In this document: positions 63,386-64,000 of the stretch, piece by piece
Numbering within the stretch: the first letter of the stretch is position 1
Layout: each line of letters begins with the position of its first letter
Assembly: GCA_964016885.1 (NCBI GenBank)
Contig: OZ024743.1
Location: forward strand, 170,562,001-170,626,000
From: Eledone cirrhosa
Lineage: Eukaryota
Length of the DNA: 64,000 bases
Direction: 5' to 3'
Position numbers and translations under genes: made by a program
The notes under the pieces: model-generated
Databases searched by the model: none
Told to the model about the DNA's origin: nothing
What the model saw: only the letters and a program-made list of their open reading frames with translations

Positions 63386-63958
63386 GAACGGCAAAGCATA
63401 AACAAATTGAGAGAGAGACGAAGCATAAGAGGTATCAAATGTGGTGTGCAGGAGAGGAGATTGCATTGGTATGGACAACAGCTGTATAAAAAAGTACAGT
63501 GCAATCAAATTTGATGGAAGCTATGGAGTGGGTAGACCGAGAAAAACCTGGGGTGAAGTGATAAAAACTGACCTTGCTCACTTATACCTCTCTAAGACAA
63601 TCTCACTGGATCGAGATCTTTAGCGCTATGCAGTTATACAGAAGACCGCCTTCCCTTACATATGAACTTAAACCTACAGTCAGCAGGCACCTCTTAACCA
63701 AATATACACCCCACCCACTCTACACCATCCTCCCACTTCTGTCCACTGTAAAGTGGTTGTGTAGGTGACATGGTAAAAAGGCCCCCAGTCCACACTGTAA
63801 ATGTGGTTGACGTTAGGAAGAGCATCCAGCCGTAGAGAACCTGCCAAAAACAGTTCCGTACGAGCGTGACATGGTCACCCGACCAATCTTGCCTCAAGTG
63901 AGACAATCCGTCCAACCCATGGTAGTGTGGAAGATGGACATTAAACGATGATGATGAT
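63386..63958 (+). mobile_element. RTE LINE 3' end
   Basis: GSYGVGRPRKTW..IKTDL; 3'UTR and (GAT)n tail. Confidence 0.87.
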
Positions 63959-64000
63959 TATTATATTATTTATGTTCCGGTGCTTAGATGAGTTTGAAAA

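Overview
AT-rich, repeat-saturated eukaryotic DNA; the SINE, LINE and microsatellite repertoire suggests an octopus or other coleoid cephalopod (inference). The only host coding sequence I can support is one 244-bp internal exon (45904-46147, +) of a DLC1/STARD13/crossveinless-c-type RhoGAP, so most of the window is probably intron. The rest is decayed mobile DNA: many RTE-clade LINE copies and their SINE partners, several Penelope-like elements (PLEs), CR1, Tx1/L1 and R4-like fragments, a hAT element with intact TIRs and TSD, a mariner, a pogo fragment, a Helentron-like element and long (TA)n tracts. The most notable signal is a set of non-coding elements sitting in (TA)n tracts that carry minimal type I hammerhead-ribozyme motifs, some with variant cores, in tandem or fold-back arrangements, including an ~810-bp-arm inverted repeat. 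These resemble PLE-driven retrozymes. No prokaryotic genes, CRISPR arrays, rRNA or true tRNA genes were seen. All family assignments come from motif recognition by eye, not database searches.
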